Shown here one piece after another: positions 9,008-19,254 of a DNA stretch of 64,000 nucleotides. Within the stretch, counting starts at the first letter, position 1. Every line of letters starts with the position of its first letter. The notes beneath the pieces were generated by a model. That model was not told where the DNA came from. It ran no database searches and was given only the letters and a program-made list of their open reading frames with translations. A program made the translations under genes and the position numbers. This stretch comes from Candidatus Geothermarchaeota archaeon (GTDB lineage Archaea; Thermoproteota; Nitrososphaeria; Geothermarchaeales; JDFR-13), in NCBI GenBank assembly GCA_015523605.1, contig WAKC01000043.1, positions 47,339 through 111,338 on the forward strand, given 5' to 3'.

Positions 9008-9721
9008 ATGAATCTCCGTCATATGGTTGATGATATTGGTCCTAGGAAGGATTCTAGGCTTGTAGTTGCACTCGACGTTAGAAGACCTAGATGGAGTCTG
9101 GAATGGATTAGAGCTTTTGTCGAGGAGTCTTCAAATTATATAGTAGGTATTAAGATTGGTGTCCCATCTATACTCTCCTTTGGACTTGAAAATATTTCTA
9201 GGGTTGTAAATGGTTTTAGAGATGTAATTTGGATAGCTGATATGAAGCTGGCGGATATAGGGTATGTGGGTAGGCTAATCGTAGATGAGATATCCAATGC
9301 AGGGTTTGACGCGATTATTATGCATGGGTTCGTAGGGTTTGAAAAGGGTGTGGGTGATACCATAGTTTATGCATCTGATAAGGGATTGTCACCCATCCTC
9401 GTAGCGGCTATGTCACATCCAGGTGGAGAAGAATATCTTAATAGAGTCTCAGGTGACATCCTTATGAAGTCAATAGACTATCCAGTTGAGGGATATATAC
9501 TTCCAGCTACATTCACTAAGTATATAAGGTTCTACCGTAAAATGGTTGGAGAGAGGGTAATCCTCTCCCCAGGTGTAGGGACACAGGGAGCAAAACCCGG
9601 TTCGGCAGTTTTGAATGGTGCAGATCTCGAGATAATAGGTAGATGGATTTATATGGATGAATCTCCTATTTCAAGGGTTAGAGAGCTACATGGTGTTTTG
9701 AGATGGCATCTGCAAGGATAG
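9008..9721 (+). CDS. pyrF: orotidine 5'-phosphate decarboxylase
   Basis: LVVALDV...IKIG...DMKLADIG, the OMP decarboxylase active-site pattern. First gene of the pyr operon. Confidence 0.8.
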   Translation: MNLRHMVDDIGPRKDSRLVVALDVRRPRWSLEWIRAFVEESSNYIVGIKIGVPSILSFGLENISRVVNGFRDVIWIADMKLADIGYVGRLIVDEISNAGFDAIIMHGFVGFEKGVGDTIVYASDKGLSPILVAAMSHPGGEEYLNRVSGDILMKSIDYPVEGYILPATFTKYIRFYRKMVGERVILSPGVGTQGAKPGSAVLNGADLEIIGRWIYMDESPISRVRELHGVLRWHLQG

Positions 9722-10317
9722 TATGGGAAGAGTTGATATATGACCTCTATAAACATGGCTTCATCCTCTTTGGAGAGTATACATTATCCTCAGGGTTAAA
9801 AAGTCCATATTACATTGATCTTAGACTCGCGTTTTCGGTGCCGCATATCCTTAGGAAGGTAACCTTCCTATATAGGCATGAAGCCTATAGATGTTGTCGT
9901 TTCGATTCTGTAGCCGGTATCGAGATGGGGAGTATCCCCATAGCCGGTATATTGGCTTATACAATGGACGTTCCAATGGTATATGTAAGGAAGAGTGCAA
10001 AGGAGTATGCAACTAAGAAGTATGTAGAGGGTATTGTTAATAAGGGGGATAGGGTGTTAGTGTTAGAAGATGTCTCAACCACCGGTTCAAGCATTATACA
10101 CGCGGTTGAGAAGTTGAGGGAGGTGGGTGCTATAGTTGATAAGGCTATCGTCTTTATTGATAGGGAGCAGGGAGCCGTTGATACTCTTAAGGAGATGGGT
10201 GTTGATCTCATTCCGATTTATAGAGTAACTGAAATCATGGATTTACTACATGATGGTGGTTATATAGACAAGGAAAAGTATAATACGGTTATGGAGTATA
10301 TATCTAGACAAAGATGA
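9703..10317 (+). CDS. pyrE: orotate phosphoribosyltransferase
   Basis: PRPP-binding motif VLVLEDVSTTGSS. Order pyrF-pyrE. Confidence 0.8.
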   Translation: MASARIVWEELIYDLYKHGFILFGEYTLSSGLKSPYYIDLRLAFSVPHILRKVTFLYRHEAYRCCRFDSVAGIEMGSIPIAGILAYTMDVPMVYVRKSAKEYATKKYVEGIVNKGDRVLVLEDVSTTGSSIIHAVEKLREVGAIVDKAIVFIDREQGAVDTLKEMGVDLIPIYRVTEIMDLLHDGGYIDKEKYNTVMEYISRQR

Positions 10318-11231
10318 GTTGGAAAGGTCGGGATGTTATAAATATCCTGGATTTTTCCCGTGAAGACCTCGACCTCCTCTTCCAACTAGCGAACCGGTAT
10401 GCCGATGAGGACTATAGAGGTAATGACTTGGAGAATAGGATGGCTGCTCTACTCTTTCTCGAGCCCAGTACTAGGACGATGTATAGCTTCATGTCTGCAG
10501 TATACAGGTTAGGTGGTAAACCCATAACTCTCTCTAAGACTGAGGCATCATCAATAGCGAAGGGAGAGACATTCGGCGATACTATTAGAATGTTCGATTC
10601 ATACTCAGATGTTATAATTGTTAGGGATAGACGTGAAGGAGCGGCGAAGTATGCAGCGGATATTGCGGAGTCTCCCGTTATAAATGGGGGTGATGGAGCC
10701 CATAATCATCCAACGCAGGCAATGATAGACCTCTTCACAATCACTAGATATAGAGGGAGTGTTGACGGTCTGAAGGTGGGGGTCTTAGGAGACCTCAAAT
10801 ATGGAAGGGCTGCGGCATCCTTCATCCTTGGTCTTACAATATATGATCCAGATACTATATACCTGATTTCTCCGGAGAGTCTCAGGCTTAAGAAGGAGGT
10901 TAGGGATTACCTTGATAGAGTTGGGGTAAAATATTTTGAGACTGAGGACTTAACGGATATCCTTCCCGAGCTTGACGTCCTATATGTAACCAGGATTCAG
11001 AAGGAGAGGTTCCCAGATCCATTGGAGTATGAAAGGGTACGGGGTAGCTATAAAATAGATCTTTCCATACTCTCAAATGCTAAGGATGATCTTATGGTTA
11101 TGCATCCCCTCCCTAGAGTCGATGAGATATCTACCGATGTCGATAATAGTAAGTATCAATATTATTTTAAGCAGGCCCATAATGGTGTATATCTTAGAAT
11201 GGCCCTATTGAAGCTTATAATGGGCGATTGA
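10314..11231 (+). CDS. pyrB: aspartate carbamoyltransferase catalytic subunit
   Basis: Motifs STRTM, HPTQA and HPLP. Overlaps pyrE by 4 nt (ATGA). Confidence 0.9.
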   Translation: MSWKGRDVINILDFSREDLDLLFQLANRYADEDYRGNDLENRMAALLFLEPSTRTMYSFMSAVYRLGGKPITLSKTEASSIAKGETFGDTIRMFDSYSDVIIVRDRREGAAKYAADIAESPVINGGDGAHNHPTQAMIDLFTITRYRGSVDGLKVGVLGDLKYGRAAASFILGLTIYDPDTIYLISPESLRLKKEVRDYLDRVGVKYFETEDLTDILPELDVLYVTRIQKERFPDPLEYERVRGSYKIDLSILSNAKDDLMVMHPLPRVDEISTDVDNSKYQYYFKQAHNGVYLRMALLKLIMGD

Positions 11232-11232
11232 G

Positions 11233-11703
11233 ATGGAGGGCATACTCGTTAGGAAGATTAAAGATGGAACTGTAATAGACCATATCCCAGCTGGTATGGC
11301 TTTCACAGTGCTTAGGATTCTAGGCCTTGTAAGGAGTCCCGAGTCTAGATTGGCCGTAATTGTAAATACCGATAGTGGAAAGTATGGTAGTAAGGATATT
11401 ATAAAAATTGAGAACAAGTATATAGAGGGTGATCTACTGAATAAGATAGCATTGATAGCTCCCCATGCCACTATTAATATCATAAAGGATTATGAGATCG
11501 TGGAGAAGTATAGGGTTGACCTCCCGGACAAGATTGAGAATGTCGTAAAATGTAGTAATCCTGTATGTATAACAAATAGTGAGAGAGAGGCGGTTACTCC
11601 ATCCTTCGAGGTAGTCTCTAAAGAGCCTGTAAGACTTAAATGTACATACTGCGGTAGATATACCGAGTTCGAGGATATTATTAAACAATTTACTGAGAAA
11701 TGA
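11233..11703 (+). CDS. pyrI: aspartate carbamoyltransferase regulatory subunit
   Basis: C-terminal zinc domain CSNPVC...CTYCGR. Immediately follows pyrB. Confidence 0.85.
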   Translation: MEGILVRKIKDGTVIDHIPAGMAFTVLRILGLVRSPESRLAVIVNTDSGKYGSKDIIKIENKYIEGDLLNKIALIAPHATINIIKDYEIVEKYRVDLPDKIENVVKCSNPVCITNSEREAVTPSFEVVSKEPVRLKCTYCGRYTEFEDIIKQFTEK

Positions 11704-12947
11704 TTATAGAGGGTAGAGCCTACTATAATGGTGAGGTTAAACATCTATATCTAACTATTGAGGACGGTATTATAAGGGATGTAAGCCTATCGATAGGTAA
11801 GTCTCTAAAGCCGGACGTCAAATATACTGATAAAGGGGTTTTGATACTCCCAGGTTTTATCGATATTCATGTTCATCTAAGGGATTTTGAGCAGGCCTAT
11901 AAAGAGGATTTCTATACAGGTACAGCCGCAGCCGCTGCCGGCGGTGTAACACTTGTCTTTGATATGCCTAATACAGTTCCGAGGAATAATAGGCTATCCA
12001 TCTTGAACTATAGGGATACTGTAGCGAATAGAAAGTCGGTAGTCGATTATGGATTGTATTATGGTGTACCGCCGAACCTTGACGAGTTGTTTGGGTATGA
12101 GGAGCTGGCTATAGGTATGAAGGTCTATCCAGATGATTTCAAGAATTACAAGCTTGACCATATTTCAGATGTTATGATATATAATCACGCTAAGGGTATT
12201 GTTACTGTTTTCCATGCTGAGGATCCGGATGGCTATGTAGAGGGTGTAGAGGATCCTGAGGTTGAGGCTGAGGGTGTTAAGTATGTGGCTGAATACACAC
12301 GTTCTATTGGTGTCCCCGTGCATATAACCCATGTGACCTGTGGAGACTTTATATTTGAAGCTAAGCGTAGGAATAAAGGATTGACGGTCGATGTAACACC
12401 CCATCATCTTATGCTCTCTAGGGAGAAGGTTAACCATCCGTATAGGAGGGTTAGGCCTCCTCTAAGAGATGGTAAGTGTGTAGAGTCTCTCGTTAAGGAG
12501 CTTAACGGTGTAGTAGATATATATGCGACGGACCATGCCCCCCATACCGATGAGGAGAAGGGTGTAGGTATAAATGGGTTTCCAGGTCTTGAGACTGCTT
12601 TCAACGTATTGGCCACATTATATAAGAAAGGTGTTATAAGCCTTGATAGGATTGTAGAGCTCTACTCAATAAACCCGGCCAGACGCTTCGGTCTTGACGG
12701 GTTCCTAGGATATATTGAGAAGGACTATCTAGCCAATTTAAGTATTGTGAATCTTGATGTAGAGGTTAAGATTGATCCGTCAAAATTCTTTTCCAAAGCT
12801 AAACACTCGCCTTTTGATGGTATGAAGCTGATGGGTAAGGTAGTGTCGACATATGTTAGGGGTGTTGAAGTATATAATGGGGAGGATATCACTGTGGAGC
12901 ACGGATATGGTGAGAATGTTCTCCGTATTAGGAGGTGGGTAAGATAA
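11700..12947 (+). CDS. pyrC: dihydroorotase
   Basis: Amidohydrolase metal ligands DIHVHLRD and DHAPH. Confidence 0.8.
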   Translation: MIIEGRAYYNGEVKHLYLTIEDGIIRDVSLSIGKSLKPDVKYTDKGVLILPGFIDIHVHLRDFEQAYKEDFYTGTAAAAAGGVTLVFDMPNTVPRNNRLSILNYRDTVANRKSVVDYGLYYGVPPNLDELFGYEELAIGMKVYPDDFKNYKLDHISDVMIYNHAKGIVTVFHAEDPDGYVEGVEDPEVEAEGVKYVAEYTRSIGVPVHITHVTCGDFIFEAKRRNKGLTVDVTPHHLMLSREKVNHPYRRVRPPLRDGKCVESLVKELNGVVDIYATDHAPHTDEEKGVGINGFPGLETAFNVLATLYKKGVISLDRIVELYSINPARRFGLDGFLGYIEKDYLANLSIVNLDVEVKIDPSKFFSKAKHSPFDGMKLMGKVVSTYVRGVEVYNGEDITVEHGYGENVLRIRRWVR

Positions 12948-13690
12948 GATATAGACGGGCATTTGTAAAGGAGAATATAGAAGTATGTAGGGATCTATAT
13001 CACCTATACCTCGAAGTGGATATGAAAAATGTCGAGCCAGGACATTTTATAATGGTTTGGATTCCAGAGCTTGAAGAGGTCCCGATGGCACCCTCTCTAT
13101 ATCGCGACGGTGTAATGAGAATCACTTATAAAGTTGTGGGTGAGACCACCAAATATATGTCCGGCCTATCCATAGGAGATGAGATATTCGTGAGAGGTCC
13201 ATTGGGGAAGCCGTTCGACCTCTCAATGAATGGAAGGTATCTCTTGATTGGGGGTGGTGTAGGAGCGGCTCCTCTAATATATGCTGCACATAGACTTGCT
13301 GAGAAGAATTATAGCTTTACATATGTAGAGGGAGTTCCCAATAAGGGTTATAAAATGTTTATTCAGGAGGCTATCTCAATGGGTGGTGAGGCTATCCTCT
13401 ATACCGAGGATGGTTCTGAGGGGTTCTCTGGACTTCCGACTGACTATCTCAGAGATAATATCAACGATTATGATATGGTATTGGCATGTGGCCCAGAAGC
13501 ATTTAATAAGGCGGTTTACGAATTGTGCAGAGATTCCAAGGTAAATTGTCAGATATCAATGGAGAGGATTGTTAAATGTGGTGTCGGAGTATGTGGCTCA
13601 TGTGTTATTGAAGAAACCGGGCTACTGGTATGCTTAGATGGACCAGTCTTCAGCGTCTCAATGTTGAGAGAGAAGGGATATGACTGCTGA
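12935..13690 (+). CDS. pyrK: dihydroorotate dehydrogenase electron-transfer subunit
   Basis: Ferredoxin-reductase-like fold with the C-terminal CGVGVCGSC iron-sulfur motif. Precedes pyrD. Confidence 0.8.
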   Translation: MGKIRYRRAFVKENIEVCRDLYHLYLEVDMKNVEPGHFIMVWIPELEEVPMAPSLYRDGVMRITYKVVGETTKYMSGLSIGDEIFVRGPLGKPFDLSMNGRYLLIGGGVGAAPLIYAAHRLAEKNYSFTYVEGVPNKGYKMFIQEAISMGGEAILYTEDGSEGFSGLPTDYLRDNINDYDMVLACGPEAFNKAVYELCRDSKVNCQISMERIVKCGVGVCGSCVIEETGLLVCLDGPVFSVSMLREKGYDC

Positions 13691-13727
13691 TTTAAAATTG
13701 TTTACATGACATTCATATTAAATAAGA

Positions 13728-14639
13728 ATGAGCCGAGCCAATCTTGAAGTCGAGTTATCCGGAGTAAAACTTAGAAATCCTCTTATATTGGCATCCGGCT
13801 TTGTTGATGACGACCCTAGCCTATTACTAAGGGCTTGGAAGGCTGGCTTTGGCGCATTAACAACCAAGAGTCTAACCCCCAAACCCAGAGAGGGTTATAA
13901 ACCACCTATAATCGCTTTCACTAAGGCAGGGTATCTAAATGCGGTTGGTCTTGCAAACCCTGGTATAGAGAGCCTTCCACATCTACTATCAAAACTACCA
14001 GAGGAGGCCAAGGTAATAGTGAGTTTAGCCGGCTCTACACCAGAAGATTTCCGGTATTCTAGTGAGAAGGCAGATAAAGCCAAAGTTGATATAATAGAGT
14101 TGAATCTTAGTTGTCCTCATGTTAAGGGAATGGGAATGGATATAATCCATGATATATCATATTCACTTGAGGTTATTGAGAGTGTAGTCTCAACATCTTC
14201 CAAACCGGTATTTGTTAAATTGGGTTTGACAGATACGTACCTATCTCTCGTCTCAAGAGCTCTTGATAAGGGTGTATCCGGCTTCACAATCATGAATACT
14301 GTTAGGGCAATGGCTATAGACATTGAATCTTTGAAACCAGTTCTTAGTAATGTATTCGGTGGATTGAGTGGTCCAGCCATACATCCCATTGCAGTTAGAA
14401 TGGTCTATGAGGTCTATAGCGAATTTAGTATTCCTATAATAGGTGTAGGTGGTGTTGATGACTGGACCGATGTTATCGAGTTCATCGCGGCTGGAGCGAG
14501 TGGAGTGGGTATAGGCTCATATCTCTTCCTTAGATCTGTTGAAAAGATAGACGTGTTGTTGAAAGGTGTTGAGAAGTTCATGGTTGATAGAGGTTTTAGC
14601 AGTATATCGGAGATTAGAGGTATTGCGATTAAAAGATGA
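13728..14639 (+). CDS. pyrD: dihydroorotate dehydrogenase catalytic subunit (class 1B)
   Basis: N-terminal LRNPLILASG and a TIM-barrel DHOD pattern (GGLSG, GVGGV). Confidence 0.85.
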   Translation: MSRANLEVELSGVKLRNPLILASGFVDDDPSLLLRAWKAGFGALTTKSLTPKPREGYKPPIIAFTKAGYLNAVGLANPGIESLPHLLSKLPEEAKVIVSLAGSTPEDFRYSSEKADKAKVDIIELNLSCPHVKGMGMDIIHDISYSLEVIESVVSTSSKPVFVKLGLTDTYLSLVSRALDKGVSGFTIMNTVRAMAIDIESLKPVLSNVFGGLSGPAIHPIAVRMVYEVYSEFSIPIIGVGGVDDWTDVIEFIAAGASGVGIGSYLFLRSVEKIDVLLKGVEKFMVDRGFSSISEIRGIAIKR

Positions 14640-14645
14640 GTGTCT

Positions 14646-15485
14646 CTAGAGGAGACCACTTATCAATAATCCTGTGTAAAGCAGGGCAAGTGTTGGGCTA
14701 CTTATCTTAAAGCTTTTCCATGCAGTGTCCTTATTAAACTTGACCCAGATAATGTAGATTGCATAAGACAGCAGTAGGATTGATATGGTAGCCATCAATC
14801 TATATGCTATGTCCATAATTAGGAAGAGTGTAGGCACTATAGTCACTATTGTCATTAAATAGAATACTATGATCATCTTCTTGGTATATTCATCACTCTT
14901 TACTACGGGTAGCATCGGAAGGTCAACCAGTTTATAATCCTCTTTTACCTTATATGCTAAGCTCCAGAAGTGTCCAGGTGACCATAGGAATACTATAAGT
15001 GCGAGGAGAATGGGTTCTATTGAGAGTGGGCGGCCTGCTGCCAGCCAACCGGTTATCGTAGGCATTGAGCCTGCGAATCCACCTATTACAGTATTCCATA
15101 TGGTTCTCTTCTTGAGGTAGATTGAATATACTAGAATGTAGTATAGCCCCCCTATAAGGGCGGATAGCCCTGCATAAAGCCCGAAAAAATAGGTTATTAG
15201 GAGGACTCCTGTGGCTAACCATATTGCCCCTATCTCAATGGCGGATTTAGGTGGTATCTCCCCACTTGGAATTGGCCGAAACCTAGTCCTTAACATTGTG
15301 AAGTCAAGGTCTCTATCTATGTAACTGTTGATAGCGTTTGAACCGAATACGGCTAACAACCCTCCTATGAAGAATAGGATGAGCCCGTGGTCTATTCCGG
15401 GTCTAGCGTATACATATGTTGCAATGGCAGTGTAGATGAGTAGTGAGGCGATTCTCGGCTTTCCAAGCCGGATATAACTCATCAT
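14646..15485 (-). CDS. ctaB: protoheme IX farnesyltransferase (heme O synthase), UbiA family
   Basis: NSYIDRDLDFTMLRTRFRPIPSG matches the CyoE/CtaB signature. Polytopic. Confidence 0.8.
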   Translation of the reverse strand: MMSYIRLGKPRIASLLIYTAIATYVYARPGIDHGLILFFIGGLLAVFGSNAINSYIDRDLDFTMLRTRFRPIPSGEIPPKSAIEIGAIWLATGVLLITYFFGLYAGLSALIGGLYYILVYSIYLKKRTIWNTVIGGFAGSMPTITGWLAAGRPLSIEPILLALIVFLWSPGHFWSLAYKVKEDYKLVDLPMLPVVKSDEYTKKMIIVFYLMTIVTIVPTLFLIMDIAYRLMATISILLLSYAIYIIWVKFNKDTAWKSFKISSPTLALLYTGLLISGLL

Positions 15486-15487
15486 AT

Positions 15488-15940
15488 TTAATCCCTTAAA
15501 CTCATCGCCACCGAGGTCATAAATATGGATGCGCCGAAGGTTAGGGTGGCTATTGCGAGGTGTGTAGCAGATAGTATCTGATTTAGATGTTGATTCACGA
15601 CTAGCATACCAAGGAATATTTGGATTAGGAGTAATGCATCTGTTACGGCTATGGAGAGGATCATCTTCCTATTATCTCTAAACTCTTTGAATATGTATAA
15701 TGTTGCTCCTAATGCTATCCATCCGGTGAAGAATGCTATTATACGGTGAAAATACTCAAGAAAAACATTTATATCTGTGAATAAATCTGGTGGAATAAGA
15801 TACCCATTACATAAGGGCCAGTCTGGCCCACATCCTAGTCCGGCCCCCATTGCCCTTACATATCCACCCCATGCTATGGCTAGGAATATCATTGATGTGT
15901 ATAGAAGTGCAAGTCCCTTAGCCACCGCAACTCTATTCAT
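15488..15940 (-). CDS. ctaA: heme A synthase, compact archaeal form
   Basis: 150 aa with 4 predicted TM helices. Has the GLGCGPDWPLCNG loop with a Cys pair and conserved His in the helices. Immediately upstream of ctaB on the same strand. Confidence 0.6.
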   Translation of the reverse strand: MNRVAVAKGLALLYTSMIFLAIAWGGYVRAMGAGLGCGPDWPLCNGYLIPPDLFTDINVFLEYFHRIIAFFTGWIALGATLYIFKEFRDNRKMILSIAVTDALLLIQIFLGMLVVNQHLNQILSATHLAIATLTFGASIFMTSVAMSLRD

Positions 15941-16103
15941 GGCACATCCACTTTATAACAATGTTAAATCTTTTTACAATATAAGATGGGGTATATAACC
16001 GTTTACATTATTTTTTTGATGTATCAATATTTCGGCTGTTTGACTATACGAAGTTTTAAATTTATCCCGATTTTTAATTGCGCGAGAGTGTCTTTACTAT
16101 TGG

Positions 16104-16643
16104 GTGGATAAAATGTCTATATATACTGGTAAGGGAGATGATGGACTAACCTTCTGTATGCTGTTAGGCAAACGAGTTCCGAAGGATCATCCCGTGATGG
16201 AGTTTCTAGGCACATTAGATGAGGCTAATTCACATTTAGGAGTTGTAAGGGCCTATCTAGATTCCGAAGAGGATATAGAGCTTGTTATTTATCTTCAGAG
16301 GCTACTCTTTAGAATAGGTTTTACAGTAGCTGGTAAACCATCCATATCTGAAAAAGATGTGGAGAATTTAGAGTCTTACACAGATGAGTTCTATAATGAG
16401 GCTAGGTTGAGAGAGTTTATATTGCCCGGTGGAGACCCAGCAATAAGTCATCTACATTTGGCTAGAGCCGTTGTTAGAAGAGCTGAGAGAAGGTTTATAA
16501 CTGCATCTAAGGCTGAGGATATTCCAGAATCTAAACTAATAATAAAGATTCTTAATAGGATGAGCGACATGATATTCTCCTATGCCTTATACCTTGCGAA
16601 GAAAAGAGGCATTAAAAATATACCTGTTAAGGAGAGAGATTAG
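16104..16643 (+). CDS. ATP:cob(I)alamin adenosyltransferase, PduO-type
   Basis: N-terminus IYTGKGDDGLTFCMLLGKRVPKDHPVMEFLGTLDEANSHLGV matches the PduO/MMAB signature. Confidence 0.75.
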   Translation: MDKMSIYTGKGDDGLTFCMLLGKRVPKDHPVMEFLGTLDEANSHLGVVRAYLDSEEDIELVIYLQRLLFRIGFTVAGKPSISEKDVENLESYTDEFYNEARLREFILPGGDPAISHLHLARAVVRRAERRFITASKAEDIPESKLIIKILNRMSDMIFSYALYLAKKRGIKNIPVKERD

Positions 16644-16716
16644 AATTTATTTTAATTTATTTTCTATATCATATCTATCTTAGCTGTGACATGCTTCGTA
16701 GGCTGGGGACTATCTA

Positions 16717-18261
16717 ATGTCTGAAGATTATGCGGTTGATAGTATTGACACTGGTTTAAGACTCCCAATCCTTTATAATGTAGTCTTTTCAGTCTTTAAC
16801 GCTGTAATATCTATCTCATATATAATCCTTTTGGCTAGGGTATTAATCCCAAGTGAGTTTCTGGCCTACTCAAGTATATTCACTTTTTACACATTGATGG
16901 CTCCACTCCTCACGAGGGTGGTTCAATGGTCAGCGAGGGACTATGTTCGCCTTGGAGATGATGTTAAACCTCTATTTTCAGGGCTCTATACACTTACACT
17001 GGTTATTGGGGTGTTATTAGCCCCAACTTTTATTCATCTATTCATTAAATCACTCACATTTGAGGATCTCCTAGTTATTATAGCCTATGGAGTAGTCATA
17101 ATAACATATTCATATGCAATTAATGTAGTTGCATTGGTAGGCCCTAGATTCTTCAATTTAATCTTACTTATAAGTCTCTTAACCAGGTTCTCTCTTGTTT
17201 TCGTCATTCTATTTATTCAAGGCTCTTTATCATATATTATACCTCTTAGTATGGAGGTGGTTGGTTATACTTTTGCTATATTATCTTCCATGGTTTTTAT
17301 GAGGGGAAGAATCTCCCTCTCTCTGTTTATCCCCAGTATGCCATCCACAAAATACGTTGTAAGGATAGTCAAACTTTCTATTGCAAATTATATCAATGTA
17401 TTGAGAGGTAACTTGGGTGATATTCACTATTTCATTGCCTTCTTTATGGGGCTTGCAGATATATTAGTGAATTCGTTATGGATTGTATACCGTATTCTAA
17501 ACTGGGGTAAATCTTTTTTCAGAGGCTTCTTCATAGTCGTGTATTCAAGACAGTTCTACCGTAGAATGAGCCGTTATGACTTCACCAGCTACTTGAACCT
17601 ACTGTTATATCTCATAGTCCCAATGTTTATGATGAGCCTAGTCATACATAGATCTATAACCTCCATATTTAATCCACAGTACGTAGTATATTCACAACTC
17701 GTCCCTATAGCCATACTTCTTATATTCCTTGAGTCTCTTAGGATTACGTTTTTAAGACTTGTTTTTGGTAGTGAGACGATAGATGCAAATATGGATGGCA
17801 TCGATTTTAGGGGGATATTCAAATCCCGATTCTTTACGATCTCCTTTATTCAGATTAAGGTCATGGTTTTATCTATATTAATGTTATTAATTACAAGCAT
17901 ATTCTTAGTTATCCAAGGATCTGTTGAATATGTTCCATTTGCATTTCTGATATATTTCATTTTTGAGGCTATGGTTGAAGTCATAATTATGTATAGGAAG
18001 GTATCCTCTGATATGGAGGTTAAGATAGACTATAAAACACCCCTTTATTTAGTAGTTGCTTCTATCCCCTCCCTCATATATCTAAGCTATATAGGTGCAA
18101 ACAATATTATAGTAAGGGATATTTTTCCAGACGTAATTCCTCTCCTCCTCCATATCTCCATCGCATTTACGATCTATGTCGTGTTCTCATTATTAAGTGG
18201 TTGGGTTAGAAAAGAGTTAAAAGGATTGATAAAATATGTCTTCCGTGTAGAGGTTAGATAG
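16717..18261 (+). CDS. polytopic membrane protein, MOP/Wzx-type polysaccharide flippase-like
   Basis: 514 aa with about 12-14 hydrophobic segments. The N-terminal pattern resembles polysaccharide biosynthesis (Wzx) proteins. No catalytic motif. Confidence 0.4.
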   Translation: MSEDYAVDSIDTGLRLPILYNVVFSVFNAVISISYIILLARVLIPSEFLAYSSIFTFYTLMAPLLTRVVQWSARDYVRLGDDVKPLFSGLYTLTLVIGVLLAPTFIHLFIKSLTFEDLLVIIAYGVVIITYSYAINVVALVGPRFFNLILLISLLTRFSLVFVILFIQGSLSYIIPLSMEVVGYTFAILSSMVFMRGRISLSLFIPSMPSTKYVVRIVKLSIANYINVLRGNLGDIHYFIAFFMGLADILVNSLWIVYRILNWGKSFFRGFFIVVYSRQFYRRMSRYDFTSYLNLLLYLIVPMFMMSLVIHRSITSIFNPQYVVYSQLVPIAILLIFLESLRITFLRLVFGSETIDANMDGIDFRGIFKSRFFTISFIQIKVMVLSILMLLITSIFLVIQGSVEYVPFAFLIYFIFEAMVEVIIMYRKVSSDMEVKIDYKTPLYLVVASIPSLIYLSYIGANNIIVRDIFPDVIPLLLHISIAFTIYVVFSLLSGWVRKELKGLIKYVFRVEVR

Positions 18262-19204
18262 AGGCTTTTAACCTAGGGGGATAACTAGATGGCATAACCC
18301 ATTGTACACCCTTTGTAGGCTGTTCGATCACGATATAAAAACCTACTAGGTTAAACTCATACTCTGGAGGTGTCTTGAAGGTCAATACTAGCATCATTAT
18401 CTCTCCCTTTCCCAGGTATATACTGTATCTCCTACCGGCATATATCTCGTCGGGCAGAAACACAAGGTCCTTATAGATATAAATTTGTATTGTTCCCTCG
18501 AAATCATCTTTTTCAGCCGTCAAAACTACTGTGGCAGTTACTCTCTGGTTTGGCCTAGCCAGGTTTATTTCCTCACCTTCAGAATTCCATTTAACATCTA
18601 AGACAACTAATTTACCGTTGGGAAATCTAACCTTCTCATCTAATAGATAGGACCTCATGACTTTTAGAAGGCTTATATCAACACTATATTCTATAGGTTT
18701 TAAGACCGGTACACCACCGATCCTAAGATATGAAATACCCTCTATGTAAATATTCATAAAGCCATTTGAGATTAGGAGTTGGTTTATGAATCTAGCATCC
18801 TTAGGTATAGGTATCCTTAAGGTGAGGTTGAGTTTATAGTCGTCATTGGGGAGAAGCTCTTCACTTATCGTTGCGGTTCCACTTAAAGTCACTCTACCGT
18901 TAACCCGAATCCTATAATTTATCTTCTCAATAGCGGAGGGGATTAATCCGTTATTCACAATTTTAAGTGGGATCTGAACATTTATGGTATCTATCCATTC
19001 AACTACCTCAGGATATGGGGGCTCCCCACCAAATAATTTGTATAAAGGAAATCTGCCCTTAGCATCTGGATCGATATTCACTACAGGTGTGTCCGAGGAT
19101 ATTGGCCCAATAATTATGTTTATATTATGGTAGGTAAACATTAGAGAGGTGAAGATAAGCCCCGAAAAAATGAAAAATAATATATGATTTCCAATATTAC
19201 TCAC
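18254..19204 (-). CDS. hypothetical N-terminally anchored extracellular protein
   Basis: Single N-terminal TM/signal anchor followed by a beta-rich body. No recognisable motif. Confidence 0.4.
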   Translation of the reverse strand: MSNIGNHILFFIFSGLIFTSLMFTYHNINIIIGPISSDTPVVNIDPDAKGRFPLYKLFGGEPPYPEVVEWIDTINVQIPLKIVNNGLIPSAIEKINYRIRVNGRVTLSGTATISEELLPNDDYKLNLTLRIPIPKDARFINQLLISNGFMNIYIEGISYLRIGGVPVLKPIEYSVDISLLKVMRSYLLDEKVRFPNGKLVVLDVKWNSEGEEINLARPNQRVTATVVLTAEKDDFEGTIQIYIYKDLVFLPDEIYAGRRYSIYLGKGEIMMLVLTFKTPPEYEFNLVGFYIVIEQPTKGVQWVMPSSYPPRLKASI

Positions 19205-19254
19205 AAAAAGGTAATTATTCCGGCAAAAATAAAAAATAAAAAAGGGGGTGGATG

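Noticed and set aside
16104-16643. PduO-type corrinoid adenosyltransferase placed divergently next to heme A/O synthases as a possible tetrapyrrole-related unit
   Set aside because: No other cobalamin or heme-maturation genes are adjacent. The divergent 160-bp spacer suggests independent promoters. Adjacency is probably coincidental.
16644-16663. Tandem direct repeat AATTTATTTT x2 upstream of the flippase-like gene
   Set aside because: Only two short AT-only units. Within the expected noise for promoter regions.
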